Shown: one piece after another, positions 34,343 to 43,153 of the stretch
How the letters are laid out: every line of letters starts with the position of its first letter
How positions within the stretch are numbered: the stretch's first letter is position 1
NCBI GenBank assembly: GCA_964496015.1
Contig: CAZBXN010000001.1
Location: 1-45,014 of the forward strand
Origin: an uncultured Lachnospiraceae bacterium
GTDB lineage: Bacteria; Bacillota; Clostridia; UBA1381
Direction: 5' to 3'
DNA: 45,014 nucleotides
The notes under the pieces: model-generated
Told to the model about the DNA's origin: nothing
Database searches by the model: none
What the model saw: only the letters and a program-made list of their open reading frames with translations
Program-made: the position numbers and the translations under genes

Positions 34343-36417
34343 TGGAATTACTTGCTCCTGCGGGGAATGCGGCGTCGCTTCACGCCGCCGTGCAATCGGG
34401 CGCGGACGCGGTCTATATCGGCGGCCCGAAATTTAACGCGAGAAAGTCCGCCGATAATTTCACGATTGGGGACATAAAAAAATACAGCGATTACTGTCAT
34501 TTGTACGGCGTTGACGTGCATGTCGCGTTTAACACGCTGATTAAGGAAAAAGAGCTTCCGTATATTGCGGAATACGCCCATGAGTTAAACGACGCGGGCG
34601 TTGACGCGCTGATAATTCAGGACTTGGGCGCGGCGGAGATTATAAAAAAAGCCGTTCCCGATATGACGCTTCATGCGAGCACGCAGATGACGGTTACAAG
34701 TCTTGACGGCGTGAGATACCTGGAGGACATGGGATTTTCGCGCGTGGTTCTTGCGCGCGAGCTTTCAAAAAACGAGATTGAATATATCTGCGAAAATGCG
34801 GAAGCCGAAATTGAGGTTTTCGTTCACGGTGCGATTTGCATGTGCTATTCGGGACAATGCCTGATGTCAAGCATTTTCGGCGGCAGAAGCGGAAACCGCG
34901 GCTGCTGCGCGCAGCCCTGCCGTTTGCCGTATGATTTGCTTGAAAACGGCAAAAAGACGGACAGCGGCTGTATTTTAAGCCCGAAGGACATGGCTCTTAT
35001 AAACGAGCTTCAAAGCCTGCGCGGCATAGGCGTATCGTCGCTTAAAATCGAGGGCAGGCTCAAAAGCCCCGAATATGTAAGCGCGGTCGTCGGGATTTAC
35101 AGAAAATATCTTGATAATACAAAGCCTGCGACAAAAGAGGACATGACGGAGCTTAAAAACGCGTTTTCAAGAAACGGCTTTACTGACGGATATTTTACGC
35201 AAAATCTCGGAAGCGGTATGATGAGCGGCGAAAGTCCGTCAAAAATCAGCTCGTTTTCCAACGCGGCTTTAAAAAGAGCCGATATAAATTCAAACATCAG
35301 AAAAATCCCGATAAATATTTCGGGGACACTAAAACAAGACGCTCCGCTTGAAGTAACGCTGCGTGCGAGGGACACTAAAAGCGGGGACACAAAAACAGGT
35401 CATGCGGCAGGAACGCTAAAATCCGAAAAGGCGATAAACAGACCGCTTGACGAAAAACGCCTTACAGAACAGCTCGGGAAGCTCGGCGATACGCCGTTTG
35501 AGGCGGTTGATACAAAAATCAGTCTTGACAAAGGAATAACAATTCCCATAAAAGAAATAAATGCGGTAAGACGCGCGGCGGCAGGGGAGCTTACACGGGA
35601 ATTAAGCAGACGTCCGATAGGGCGCACATGCGAGGTGAAAGCCGAAAGCGTTAAGCGCGAAAAGCCGCCGATAATTTTGACTGCGGAGGTAAGCACGGCT
35701 GAACAGGCAAAAGCGGCAGTCAGAAACGGAATAAAAATAATTTACGCGCCGCAAAAAATCATTGGGGACATAAAAAAATCAACGGATTTGAGCGGGGACA
35801 CTAAACTTACAACAAAGACCTCGGAAATATTCCGAAAGGAAGACGTAAAAACCGATGGCGTTCTTGTATCGTCGCCCGCGGCGGTAAGATATTACGGCGG
35901 CAAAGAAATTTACGGCGATTTCAGACTTAATATATTTAATTCAAAAACGGCAAATCATTTAGGGACACTAAAAATGATAACTCTGTCGCCCGAATTGAAT
36001 TTAAGCGAAATACGCGATTTAACCGAAAATACTTTATCGGCGGTTGAAATAATCGGTTACGGCAGAATACCGCTGATGATTATGAAAAACTGTCCCGTTA
36101 AGGCGGCAGGAAAATGTCAGAAGGGCAAAAATATTTATACCCTCCGTGACCGAAAGAATGAGGAGCTTCCGATTGTGTGCAATGAGGACTGTACCGCGAA
36201 AATCCTTAATTCAAAGCCGATTTATACGGCTGATAAGCTTTACGACATAAAAAAATTGAAAATAAATGCGATAAGATTGATATTTACTGTTGAAAATTTT
36301 ACACAATGTGATAAAATAATCAGTGTATATAAATCCGCGCTGTACGGTGAGGACTATTCTCACACGTTGGAGGAAAACTCTTTTACGCGCGGGCATTTGT
36401 ACAGAGGAGTGGAATAA
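34339..36417 (+). CDS. peptidase U32 family protein (long form with C-terminal extension)
   Basis: 692 aa. MELLAPAGN...L.AA...GADAVY.GG..FNAR, ..E.FVHGA.CM.YSGQC.MS... GRS.NRG.CAQPCR, ..SLKIEGR.KSPEYV.. The ATG overlaps the zapA stop (ATGA). Confidence 0.85.
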   Translation: MMELLAPAGNAASLHAAVQSGADAVYIGGPKFNARKSADNFTIGDIKKYSDYCHLYGVDVHVAFNTLIKEKELPYIAEYAHELNDAGVDALIIQDLGAAEIIKKAVPDMTLHASTQMTVTSLDGVRYLEDMGFSRVVLARELSKNEIEYICENAEAEIEVFVHGAICMCYSGQCLMSSIFGGRSGNRGCCAQPCRLPYDLLENGKKTDSGCILSPKDMALINELQSLRGIGVSSLKIEGRLKSPEYVSAVVGIYRKYLDNTKPATKEDMTELKNAFSRNGFTDGYFTQNLGSGMMSGESPSKISSFSNAALKRADINSNIRKIPINISGTLKQDAPLEVTLRARDTKSGDTKTGHAAGTLKSEKAINRPLDEKRLTEQLGKLGDTPFEAVDTKISLDKGITIPIKEINAVRRAAAGELTRELSRRPIGRTCEVKAESVKREKPPIILTAEVSTAEQAKAAVRNGIKIIYAPQKIIGDIKKSTDLSGDTKLTTKTSEIFRKEDVKTDGVLVSSPAAVRYYGGKEIYGDFRLNIFNSKTANHLGTLKMITLSPELNLSEIRDLTENTLSAVEIIGYGRIPLMIMKNCPVKAAGKCQKGKNIYTLRDRKNEELPIVCNEDCTAKILNSKPIYTADKLYDIKKLKINAIRLIFTVENFTQCDKIISVYKSALYGEDYSHTLEENSFTRGHLYRGVE
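35323..35333 (+). repeat. GGGACACTAAA motif copy 5 (in the U32 gene)
   Basis: Exact 11-mer, read in the other frame as GGG ACA CTA AAa (GTLK). Confidence 0.9.
35369..35398 (+). repeat. GGGACACTAAA motif copy 6 plus an adjacent variant, forming a 2 x 15 nt tandem repeat (in the U32 gene)
   Basis: GGGACACTAAAAGCG followed by GGGACACAAAAACAG (12/15 identical). Encodes DTKSG-DTKTG. Confidence 0.85.
35795..35805 (+). repeat. GGGACACTAAA motif copy 7 (in the U32 gene)
   Basis: Exact 11-mer, read as gGG GAC ACT AAA (GDTK). Confidence 0.9.
35962..35972 (+). repeat. GGGACACTAAA motif copy 8 (in the U32 gene, just 5' of an in-frame ATG)
   Basis: Exact 11-mer, read as GGG ACA CTA AAa (GTLK), followed by the in-frame ATG at 35974-35976. 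Confidence 0.9.
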
Positions 36418-37013
36418 TGGCTGAGTTTATTTTAGCCTCCGCGTCGCCCAGACGCAGCGAGCTTTTAAATAATATAGGAGTAAAATTTGAGGTTGTCGTT
36501 TCCGACGCGGACGAGGGCGGCTTGTCAAAGGACGCGCCCGCGCATATATATGTGCAGGAGCTTGCGCTCTTAAAAGCGGCGGCTTCGGCAAAAAAACGGC
36601 TTAAAAGAAAAAATGCGGTCATAATAGCCGCCGACACGATTGTGACGCTTGACGGGAAAATTCTCGGAAAGCCGAAGGACGCGGAGGACGCGGCGGAAAT
36701 GCTCAGAAGCCTTTCGGGACGCTGTCATGAGGTTTTAACGGGCTATTGCGTAATGAGGATAAAGGACGGCTTCACCGTCTGCAATGCGGTAAAAACCGAG
36801 GTCAGCTTTAAGGCATTGGACGAGGACAAAATATCAGCCTATATAAAAACGGGCGAGCCGCTTGACAAGGCGGGCGCATACGGAATACAGGGCTTGGGCG
36901 CGCTCCTGATTGACGGCATAAACGGCGATTATTTTAACGTAGTGGGACTGCCCGTATCGGCGCTGTCAGATACGTTAAGGAATGAATTTGGAATAGATTT
37001 ATTGGAGGAGTAA
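36417..37013 (+). CDS. maf: Maf-like nucleoside triphosphate pyrophosphatase (septum formation protein)
   Basis: 198 aa. [20 protein letters not shown], ..ADT.V..DG.ILGKP.. , ..KAGAYGIQG.. The start shares one base with the U32 stop. Confidence 0.9.
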   Translation: MAEFILASASPRRSELLNNIGVKFEVVVSDADEGGLSKDAPAHIYVQELALLKAAASAKKRLKRKNAVIIAADTIVTLDGKILGKPKDAEDAAEMLRSLSGRCHEVLTGYCVMRIKDGFTVCNAVKTEVSFKALDEDKISAYIKTGEPLDKAGAYGIQGLGALLIDGINGDYFNVVGLPVSALSDTLRNEFGIDLLEE

Positions 37014-37018
37014 GAAAC

Positions 37019-38023
37019 ATGGGAGTATTTTCAAAGGACGTAGGAATAGATTTGGGAACGGCGAACACGCTTGTTTACGTAAAAGGAAAGGGGATAGTGG
37101 TTCGCGAACCGTCCGTTGTCGCGATAGACAAATATGTAGGCAAGGTATTGGCAGTCGGCGAGGAAGCGAACGAAATGATAGGCAGAACGCCTGAAAACAT
37201 AGTGGCGGTGCGCCCGATGAAGGACGGCGTTATCGCTGATTTTGATATTACGCAGGCGATGATTAAGCAGTTTATAAAGGAAGCGAATATCAGCAACGTG
37301 TTTAAGCCGAGAATTATCGTATGTATTCCCTCGGGAATAACAGAGGTTGAAAGACGCGCGGTTGAGGAAGCGGTTATTCATGCGGGCGCGCGCGACGTCG
37401 TGCTTATCGAAGAACCCATGGCGGCGGCAATCGGCGCGGGACTTCCCGTTGACGAAGCGACGGGCAGCATGGTGGTCGATATTGGCGGCGGCACAACGGA
37501 GGTTGCCGTTATATCGCTCGGCGGAATTGTCGCGTCAAAGTCGATACGAATTGCGGGCGACGCTCTTGACAGCGCGATTATGAATTATCTGAAAAAGGAA
37601 CACGGAATAAATATCGGCGACAAAATGGCTGAGGAAATTAAAGTATCGGTAGGCTCGGCGTATGAAATGCCCAAAGAGGGAACGTTTGAGGTCAGGGGAC
37701 GCGACGTTTCAACGGGACTTCCGAAAACTATTGTGATAAGCGAGGCGGAAACAAGAGTCGCGATAAGCGAAAACATAAACGAGATGATTGAGGCGATTAA
37801 ATACACGCTTGAACACACGCCCCCCGAACTTGCGGCGGATATTATGGAGCGCGGCATTACGCTTACGGGCGGCGGCGCGCTTATCAGAGGTCTTGACAAG
37901 CTCATAACGCACGTTACGAAAATCCCGACGCACGTAGCGGAATATCCGCTTGACTGCGTTGCGGTCGGAACGGGAAAATCACTTGACAGAATAAAACAGC
38001 TTATAGCGGCAAATAAAAATTGA
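37019..38023 (+). CDS. mreB: rod shape-determining protein MreB
   Basis: 334 aa. [26 protein letters not shown].. , ..[18 protein letters not shown].. actin-fold motifs. Confidence 0.93.
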   Translation: MGVFSKDVGIDLGTANTLVYVKGKGIVVREPSVVAIDKYVGKVLAVGEEANEMIGRTPENIVAVRPMKDGVIADFDITQAMIKQFIKEANISNVFKPRIIVCIPSGITEVERRAVEEAVIHAGARDVVLIEEPMAAAIGAGLPVDEATGSMVVDIGGGTTEVAVISLGGIVASKSIRIAGDALDSAIMNYLKKEHGINIGDKMAEEIKVSVGSAYEMPKEGTFEVRGRDVSTGLPKTIVISEAETRVAISENINEMIEAIKYTLEHTPPELAADIMERGITLTGGGALIRGLDKLITHVTKIPTHVAEYPLDCVAVGTGKSLDRIKQLIAANKN

Positions 38024-38044
38024 CCCGAAAGGAACTTCAGATAG

Positions 38045-38857
38045 ATGAAAAAAGGAAAAACAGTTGCCGCGCTTGTGACGGCGGGTGTGATGCTGTGTAT
38101 AATTATAGCGCATTTTACAGGTTCAAATCCTGTTTCAAATACAATTCGGACAATCTGCTCTCCCGTGGAAAGCGGTTTTGCTTTTTTGTCAAACAAGCTT
38201 TGCTCCACGGTTGAATTTTTATGGGAGATGGACGGCTACAAAGAGGAAAACGAAAGGCTTGTAAGGGAAATTAACGAAATTAACCGTCAGTCGCGCGACA
38301 GCGCGCAGCTGCGCGAGGAAAACGAGCGTTTGCAGTCGCTTTTGGAGCTTAAAGACAGCATGGAGGGTTATTCGACGGTGGCGGCGTCTGTAATAGCTTA
38401 TTCGGACAGCAGCTGGTATGACACGATAGAAATAAACAAGGGGCTTATGCACGGTTTGGGCGTGGGAAACACGGTTTTAACGCCCGACGGAATTATCGGT
38501 AAAATTACGGACGTGGGTCTTAACTGGGCTACCGTATCGACTGTGCTCAATCCCGATAACGCCATGGGCGTCAAGATTGCAAGAACGGGCGACGCCGCGG
38601 TTGTAGAGGGCGACGAAAAGCTTTACAGCGAGGGCTACTGCAAAATGACCTTTATTGACAAGGGCGCGAATATTATTGTCGGCGATTTGCTCGAAACCTC
38701 GGGTTCGGGCGGAATATATCCCGCAGGAATACCCGTGGGCGCGATAAGGGAAATCAATTCCGACAACACGGGAATGTTAAATTACGCGACCGTCGAGCCG
38801 CTTGTCAATTTTTCAAGATTATATGAGGTGCTTGTTATTAACGGAGAGAACAAATGA
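38045..38857 (+). CDS. mreC: rod shape-determining protein MreC
   Basis: 270 aa. N-terminal TM, coiled-coil (..EENERL..EINEINRQ..LREENERLQSLLELK) and a beta-rich C-terminal domain (..GG.YP.G.PVG..). Follows mreB. Confidence 0.85.
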   Translation: MKKGKTVAALVTAGVMLCIIIAHFTGSNPVSNTIRTICSPVESGFAFLSNKLCSTVEFLWEMDGYKEENERLVREINEINRQSRDSAQLREENERLQSLLELKDSMEGYSTVAASVIAYSDSSWYDTIEINKGLMHGLGVGNTVLTPDGIIGKITDVGLNWATVSTVLNPDNAMGVKIARTGDAAVVEGDEKLYSEGYCKMTFIDKGANIIVGDLLETSGSGGIYPAGIPVGAIREINSDNTGMLNYATVEPLVNFSRLYEVLVINGENK

Positions 38858-39354
38858 GAAGATTGAAGCTTTTTATATGGATAACACTTCTGCTTGTCAT
38901 AAAAATTACAATAATAAACCGTATCGGGTACTTTAATTATGCGCCCGACCCGCTTTTGGCGTTCGCGATTGCGTATGCGCTGATTGAGGAGGATTTTAAT
39001 TACGCGGTGGCGGTAAGCGTTATCTGCGGAATGTGCGGGGGCGCGCTCTCAAGCGTGAATTTCCCCGTTTCCGTGCTTACCTACGGCTACGGGGCTGTTG
39101 TTATAACGGCTCTTAAAGGCAGGGCAAGGCATATACCAGACTTTGCAAAGACGTATTTTTATACGGCGGTTTTTTCGTTTGCCGAAAGCTCTGTGATGTA
39201 TTTTGTGATGAATTTATCGTATGACACAAATACATTTTTGACGATAATTCTGCCTTATGTGATATGCAATGTTATCGCGGCGGCGATAATTTATCCGATT
39301 GCGAAAAAGACACTTTTGATTATTGACGAAAAGAAGAAGCTTATTCCCGAATGA
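38854..39354 (+). CDS. mreD: rod shape-determining protein MreD
   Basis: 166 aa polytopic membrane protein. The ATG overlaps the mreC TGA. Assignment rests on position between mreC and PBP2. Confidence 0.7.
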   Translation: MRRLKLFIWITLLLVIKITIINRIGYFNYAPDPLLAFAIAYALIEEDFNYAVAVSVICGMCGGALSSVNFPVSVLTYGYGAVVITALKGRARHIPDFAKTYFYTAVFSFAESSVMYFVMNLSYDTNTFLTIILPYVICNVIAAAIIYPIAKKTLLIIDEKKKLIPE

Positions 39355-39376
39355 TGTTTTAGAAACGAGGTCAGAA

Positions 39377-41467
39377 ATGCTTAACAGTAAAGCAAGATTT
39401 ATAATTATTAAAATACTTGTCGCGGTTATGATTTGCGCGCTGTTTTATAAGATGTTTGATTTGCAGATTATGAAGGGAAAACAGTATCTTGAAGTGGCAA
39501 ACAACAGTCTTATGACGAACATAGTCGAAAAAGCCCCGAGAGGCGAAATAATGGACAGGTACGGCACCGCGCTTGTGTCAAACAAGGTCGGCTATTCTGT
39601 TGTTATGCAGAAGGCGGGAATGGACGACGCGGAGCTTAACGAAACAATAAAAAAGCTCCTTGATATTTTATATGCTCATAACTGCGAATATTACGACACT
39701 CTGCCGATAAGCTTCGCGCCGTATAAATTCGAGTTTAAGGATGAAAACGGCGACGGCAGTATTGAAGACGAACGCGTAAGCTGGTTTGAAAACAATAAAT
39801 ACAACGACAAAAAAATAAACCAGACCATGGGCGCGGACGCGATTTTAAACGCGTATAAAACCATTTATAATGTAAGCAATACGTATACGGAGGACGAGCA
39901 GAGAAGAATTACGGGTATACGCTACGAGGCGGATTTACGCGGATTTTCGCAGACCTCGCCGTTTATAGTCGCGGACGACGTCGGCGTTGACGTGGTTATG
40001 GAGATTAAGGAAAGACAAAGCGAATTTCAGGGTATTTCCATAACAAACGATTATGTGCGTCAGTACAATAAGCCGGGGCTTGCGACGCACCTTTTGGGCA
40101 GAATAGGCAAAATCGACCAAAAGGAATATGAGGAGCATAAAAACGAGGACTACGGCTATAATGACATGATTGGCAAGCAGGGCATTGAAAAATGGGCTGA
40201 AGGCTATTTGCGCGGCAAGGACGGAACGACGGGTTCGCTGAAAAAAGTCAGCGGAAACAAGGTTATAAGCGCGGACGACGTCGAGCCTGTACCGGGAAAT
40301 TACGTGGTGCTTACGATTGACAGCGAATTGCAGGAGGTCGCCGAGAAATCTCTTGAAAAGACAATAAAAAGTATTCAGGCGTCGGGCGGCAGAAAAGCCA
40401 AGGACGGCGACGACTGCAACGCGGGAGCGGTTGCGGTAATCGACGTTAAAACAGGCGATTCCCTCGCGCTTGCGTCAAATCCGACATATGATTTATCGAA
40501 GTTTAACGAGCAGTATAACGACCTCTTAAACAACAGTGTCAGCCCGTTTGTAAACAGAGCTGTGAGCGGTCTGTACAGCCCGGGTTCGACCTTTAAGCCG
40601 CTTACCGCGATAGCCGCGCTCCAGTCGGGAAATCTGACCCGATATGAAACGATAGAGGATAAGGGCGTTTATAAAGCGTATGAGGGCTATCAGCCCGCCT
40701 GCTGGATTTGGAATGAATACAAGCTGACGCACGGAAAACAGAATGTCACGCAGGCGATAGAAAATTCCTGTAACTATTTCTTCTATGAGGTCGGCAAGCG
40801 AATGGGAATTGACACGCTTGACGAATATGCCGCAAAGTTCGGTTTGGGCGAGCTGACGGGAATAGAGCTTAATGAGGAAGCGTCGGGACATATGGCAAGC
40901 CCCGAATATAAAAAGGAAATCATAACGAATGTGACAAGCCGCGACTGGTACGGCGGCGACACGCTTCAGGCGGCTATAGGTCAGTCGCTGAGCCTGTTTA
41001 CGCCGCTTCAGCTTGCAAATTATACCGCGACAATTGCAAACGGCGGCACGCGCTTTAAGGTAAACCTCATAAAAAGCATACGTTCGTCAAGCGACGGCAG
41101 TATTATAAAAGAATTTATCCCGCAGATAGAGGACAGCCTTGATATTGACAAGGATATTTTAAACGCCGTAAAGGGCGGCATGAAAAAGGTTGCCGACGAG
41201 GGAAGCGCGGCGGAATTGTTTGCCGATTATCCGATAAACATAGGCGGTAAAACAGGTACGGCGCAGCTCGGTAACGGCTCAAACAACGCGGTGTTCGTCG
41301 CGTTCGCGCCGTTTGAAGACCCTGAAATCGCAGTCGCAGTCGTACTTGAACACGGCGTAAGAGGCACAAACGCGGGATATGTGGCAAAGGATATTTTTGA
41401 TAAATATTTCGGGCTGAACGAGCAGGCTTCGCCGTCGCCGAAGGCAGCGGCAGAACCTGAGGATTGA
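39377..41467 (+). CDS. mrdA: penicillin-binding protein 2 (class B transpeptidase)
   Basis: The ATG at 39377 is preceded by GAGG 6 nt upstream (the track TTG at 39323 overlaps mreD). TM anchor, ..PRG.I.DR.G..L.. dimerisation domain, and transpeptidase motifs SPGSTFKP, SCN (ENSCNYFF), KTGTA. Confidence 0.85.
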   Translation: MLNSKARFIIIKILVAVMICALFYKMFDLQIMKGKQYLEVANNSLMTNIVEKAPRGEIMDRYGTALVSNKVGYSVVMQKAGMDDAELNETIKKLLDILYAHNCEYYDTLPISFAPYKFEFKDENGDGSIEDERVSWFENNKYNDKKINQTMGADAILNAYKTIYNVSNTYTEDEQRRITGIRYEADLRGFSQTSPFIVADDVGVDVVMEIKERQSEFQGISITNDYVRQYNKPGLATHLLGRIGKIDQKEYEEHKNEDYGYNDMIGKQGIEKWAEGYLRGKDGTTGSLKKVSGNKVISADDVEPVPGNYVVLTIDSELQEVAEKSLEKTIKSIQASGGRKAKDGDDCNAGAVAVIDVKTGDSLALASNPTYDLSKFNEQYNDLLNNSVSPFVNRAVSGLYSPGSTFKPLTAIAALQSGNLTRYETIEDKGVYKAYEGYQPACWIWNEYKLTHGKQNVTQAIENSCNYFFYEVGKRMGIDTLDEYAAKFGLGELTGIELNEEASGHMASPEYKKEIITNVTSRDWYGGDTLQAAIGQSLSLFTPLQLANYTATIANGGTRFKVNLIKSIRSSSDGSIIKEFIPQIEDSLDIDKDILNAVKGGMKKVADEGSAAELFADYPINIGGKTGTAQLGNGSNNAVFVAFAPFEDPEIAVAVVLEHGVRGTNAGYVAKDIFDKYFGLNEQASPSPKAAAEPED

Positions 41468-41489
41468 TTTTGAGAAGGAGGAGAGTATA

Positions 41490-42239
41490 TTGGAATTGGT
41501 CAAGTTAAAAGGCACGGGCGACGGAGTAAAAATATACTTATCCGCCGACGAGGACATTTCAAACGTCATGCGCGCTTTGCATGACAAGCTTGACGCTTTC
41601 CGAAAGTTTTTCGGCAGCGGTCACTGCAATATATATATAATAGGACGCGAGCTCGGCGAAAGCGATAAAATGCGCCTTGAAGCCATAGTTTCCGCAATTC
41701 TTCCCGAAAGTACCGTAAATTACGGCGAGCGGAAATTTTTCAGGTCGTTTTTGCAGAAAGAGGACGCGGCTCCCGAGGAAACAATAGAGCTTGAAAAATT
41801 AGAGGAGGCGGCGAAAAAACACGCCGAGGAACTGGAAAACGCTGATAAGGACGAGGAAATTCCGTTACGTCAGATTAAAGAGGTAGTCACCTCGAATTTT
41901 AAAAGCAACCGCGCCCGATTTTACGAGGGCGTTGTAAAAGCGGGCAGAATTGTGGAGTCTGACGGGCATCTGCTGCTCATGGGCGACGTCGAGGAGGGCG
42001 GAAAACTAATCGCCGTAGGCAATGTAATTGTTATGGGCAATGTTTTCGGCGAGATTGAAGCGGGCTGTATGGGAAACAGTCAGGCGTATATCGCCGCGCT
42101 TGATTTGTCGCCGTCAAAAGTGACGCTTGCAGGGGTTTCGGGTGAAATCCCGAAACGCGGGGAGGACGAAGAAATTGAACCCGAAAAGGCATATTTGATA
42201 AATAATGAAATAAAAATTGAAAAATTTTGGTTAAAGTGA
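41490..42239 (+). CDS. minC: septum site-determining protein MinC
   Basis: 249 aa. TTG start after AAGGAGGAG. The C-terminal beta-helix ..G.VR.G..V...G.L...GDV..G..LIA.GN..V.G.. is typical of MinC. Upstream of minD. Confidence 0.85.
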   Translation: MELVKLKGTGDGVKIYLSADEDISNVMRALHDKLDAFRKFFGSGHCNIYIIGRELGESDKMRLEAIVSAILPESTVNYGERKFFRSFLQKEDAAPEETIELEKLEEAAKKHAEELENADKDEEIPLRQIKEVVTSNFKSNRARFYEGVVKAGRIVESDGHLLLMGDVEEGGKLIAVGNVIVMGNVFGEIEAGCMGNSQAYIAALDLSPSKVTLAGVSGEIPKRGEDEEIEPEKAYLINNEIKIEKFWLK

Positions 42240-42268
42240 TAGACAAAACGAATTTTTTGTGATAGAAT
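42240..42268 (+). promoter_or_regulatory. possible internal promoter ahead of minD
   Basis: TAGACA (42240-42245), 17 nt spacer, TAGAAT (42263-42268), with TG at -15/-14. Confidence 0.35.
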
Positions 42269-42312
42269 ATTATTGGAATATATTCGAGGAAATTACATAG
42301 AGGATTTTATTT

Positions 42313-43104
42313 ATGGGAGAAATCATTTTGATTGCGTCCGGAAAAGGCGGCACGGGTAAAACCACGGCTGCCGCAAATATCGGTACTGCGCTTGCAAAGA
42401 GCGGAAAGCTCACGGCGCTTGTCGATATGGATATGGGACTGAGAAATCTTGATGTCGCGCTCGGGCTTGAAAACGAGGCGGTTTATGATGTTTTGGATAT
42501 TATAGACGGAGCCTGTTCGGTTGACGACGCGCTTATTAAGGATTTAAGGTGTGAAAATCTGTATTTTATTCCCGCTCCTCAGACGAGAGCGGCGGCGGAT
42601 TTGGACGAGAGTAAATTTACCGCGCTTTGGGATACCTTGAGGAACAGGTTTGATTACTGCATTATTGACGCGCCCGCGGGCATTGACGGCGGATTTTATT
42701 ACGCCATGCCCGGCGCGGACAGGGCGGTTATTGTGACCGTTCCCGAAACTGCGGCGCTGCGCGACGCGGACAGGGTAATTTCAATACTTGAGGACAGCGG
42801 AATAAGCGATATACGGCTTGTGATTAACCATGTCAGGGTTGATATGATAAATCAGGGAATAATGATGAATATTGACGACTGTATGGATATTCTGTCAATA
42901 CCGATTATCGGGATTGTGCCCGACGACACCGAGCTTTTAATATCGGGTCTGAAAGGCGAAACGGCGGTTTCAAACCCCAAATCCACGGCAGGTATGGCAT
43001 TTTCAAATATCGCGGAGCGTATAGAGGGTCAGAATGTGCCTATTATGGACTTTTATATGAAAAAAGGTATTTTTAAGAGGTTAAGACATCTCTTTAAAAA
43101 ATAA
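42313..43104 (+). CDS. minD: septum site-determining ATPase MinD
   Basis: 263 aa. Deviant Walker A SGKGGTGKTT, ..DMD.GLRNLD.. , and a C-terminal amphipathic helix KGIFKRLRHLFKK. Confidence 0.93.
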   Translation: MGEIILIASGKGGTGKTTAAANIGTALAKSGKLTALVDMDMGLRNLDVALGLENEAVYDVLDIIDGACSVDDALIKDLRCENLYFIPAPQTRAAADLDESKFTALWDTLRNRFDYCIIDAPAGIDGGFYYAMPGADRAVIVTVPETAALRDADRVISILEDSGISDIRLVINHVRVDMINQGIMMNIDDCMDILSIPIIGIVPDDTELLISGLKGETAVSNPKSTAGMAFSNIAERIEGQNVPIMDFYMKKGIFKRLRHLFKK

Positions 43105-43153
43105 ACATCAGGAAGCGGCAAAATTAACGTATTAAGGAAAAGGAGGCATTATT

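Noticed and set aside
28299-35972. Reading the GGGACACTAAA copies as sporulation-sigma -10 boxes, sigma-D -35 boxes (CTAAA) or SpoIIID sites
   Set aside because: No partner element lies at the required spacing: no GCCGATAT 15 nt downstream and no GCATR/GHATR 15-18 nt upstream. Only the GGACA core matches the SpoIIID consensus. I kept it as an unexplained motif instead.
37585-38208. 207 aa minus-strand ORF
   Set aside because: It lies antisense to the 3' half of mreB and the start of mreC. It has Ser/Ile-rich shadow composition, with no promoter or SD.
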